A stretch of DNA of 64,000 nt from Octopus sinensis. Lineage: Eukaryota. The position numbers were made by a program, and so were the translations under genes. The first letter of the stretch is position 1, and each line of letters starts with the position of its first letter. Positions 63,575 to 64,000 of the stretch are shown here, piece after piece. The notes under the pieces are model-generated. The model was not told the DNA's origin. It ran no database searches and saw only the letters and a program-made list of their open reading frames with translations. The stretch is taken from contig NC_043001.1 in NCBI RefSeq assembly GCF_006345805.1, positions 57,784,001 through 57,848,000 on the forward strand. The letters are read 5' to 3'.

Positions 63575-64000
63575 TATGCATATGTATATATACAGGCACA
63601 GAAGCAAATAATTAATATAAATATATTTAGATATACATGTTTGTCTTCCACAAACACGTATGAATATTGACATATATAATTACGAACGAACCTATATAGA
63701 CGCACACGTTTCTAATCTCTCATTTATGTGGGTAGTTATTCAATTTAAAAGAAAAGGAAATAAATAGAAAATCACGAGAGAGTATCTTCTAATTTATTTC
63801 TCCTAGCCTGTATTCTTTTCCTATGTACTTATGTGCTGAACTTTTAACGCCTTCAGACAGATTTATTTCTTATATTTATTTTAATATTTCCCCAGCAGGA
63901 ACGAAATGCTATCAACACTGTAAACAATACTCGAAAGATTAATGATATGGAAAGCCAGACAAGTTTAAAAAAATAGAAGGAAAAGTAAAAAATGAAATCT

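Overview
AT-rich, microsatellite-rich eukaryotic DNA with no confidently identifiable host gene. The tRNA-headed SINE families resemble those I recall from Octopus (inference, not verified). The window is almost entirely transposable elements. It holds a near-intact CR1-group LINE (PHD/CCCH ORF1, APE-RT ORF2 with one frameshift) and a Merlin DNA-transposon derivative with a 9-bp TSD. It also holds several R4/Dong (RT-REL) copies clustered in (TAA)n arrays, many Penelope-like (PLE) remnants, a dead mariner and an RT-less Ty3/Gypsy element with two LTRs. Three observations stand out. (1) Two different ORF1-only, Tx1/L1-like retroelements sit head-to-tail inside the tRNA-like head of a SINE, and the same 15-bp SINE motif is found at all three junctions, which suggests a SINE-targeting non-autonomous retroelement system. 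(2) An HIV-type U_UUU_UUA slippery site lies exactly where the AUG-less ORF2 frame of the CR1-group LINE opens. (3) Several minimal type-I hammerhead-ribozyme motifs with palindromic helix III are dispersed through the window, including a ~195-nt retrozyme-like hairpin element. All alignments were done by eye, and many boundaries of decayed elements are approximate.
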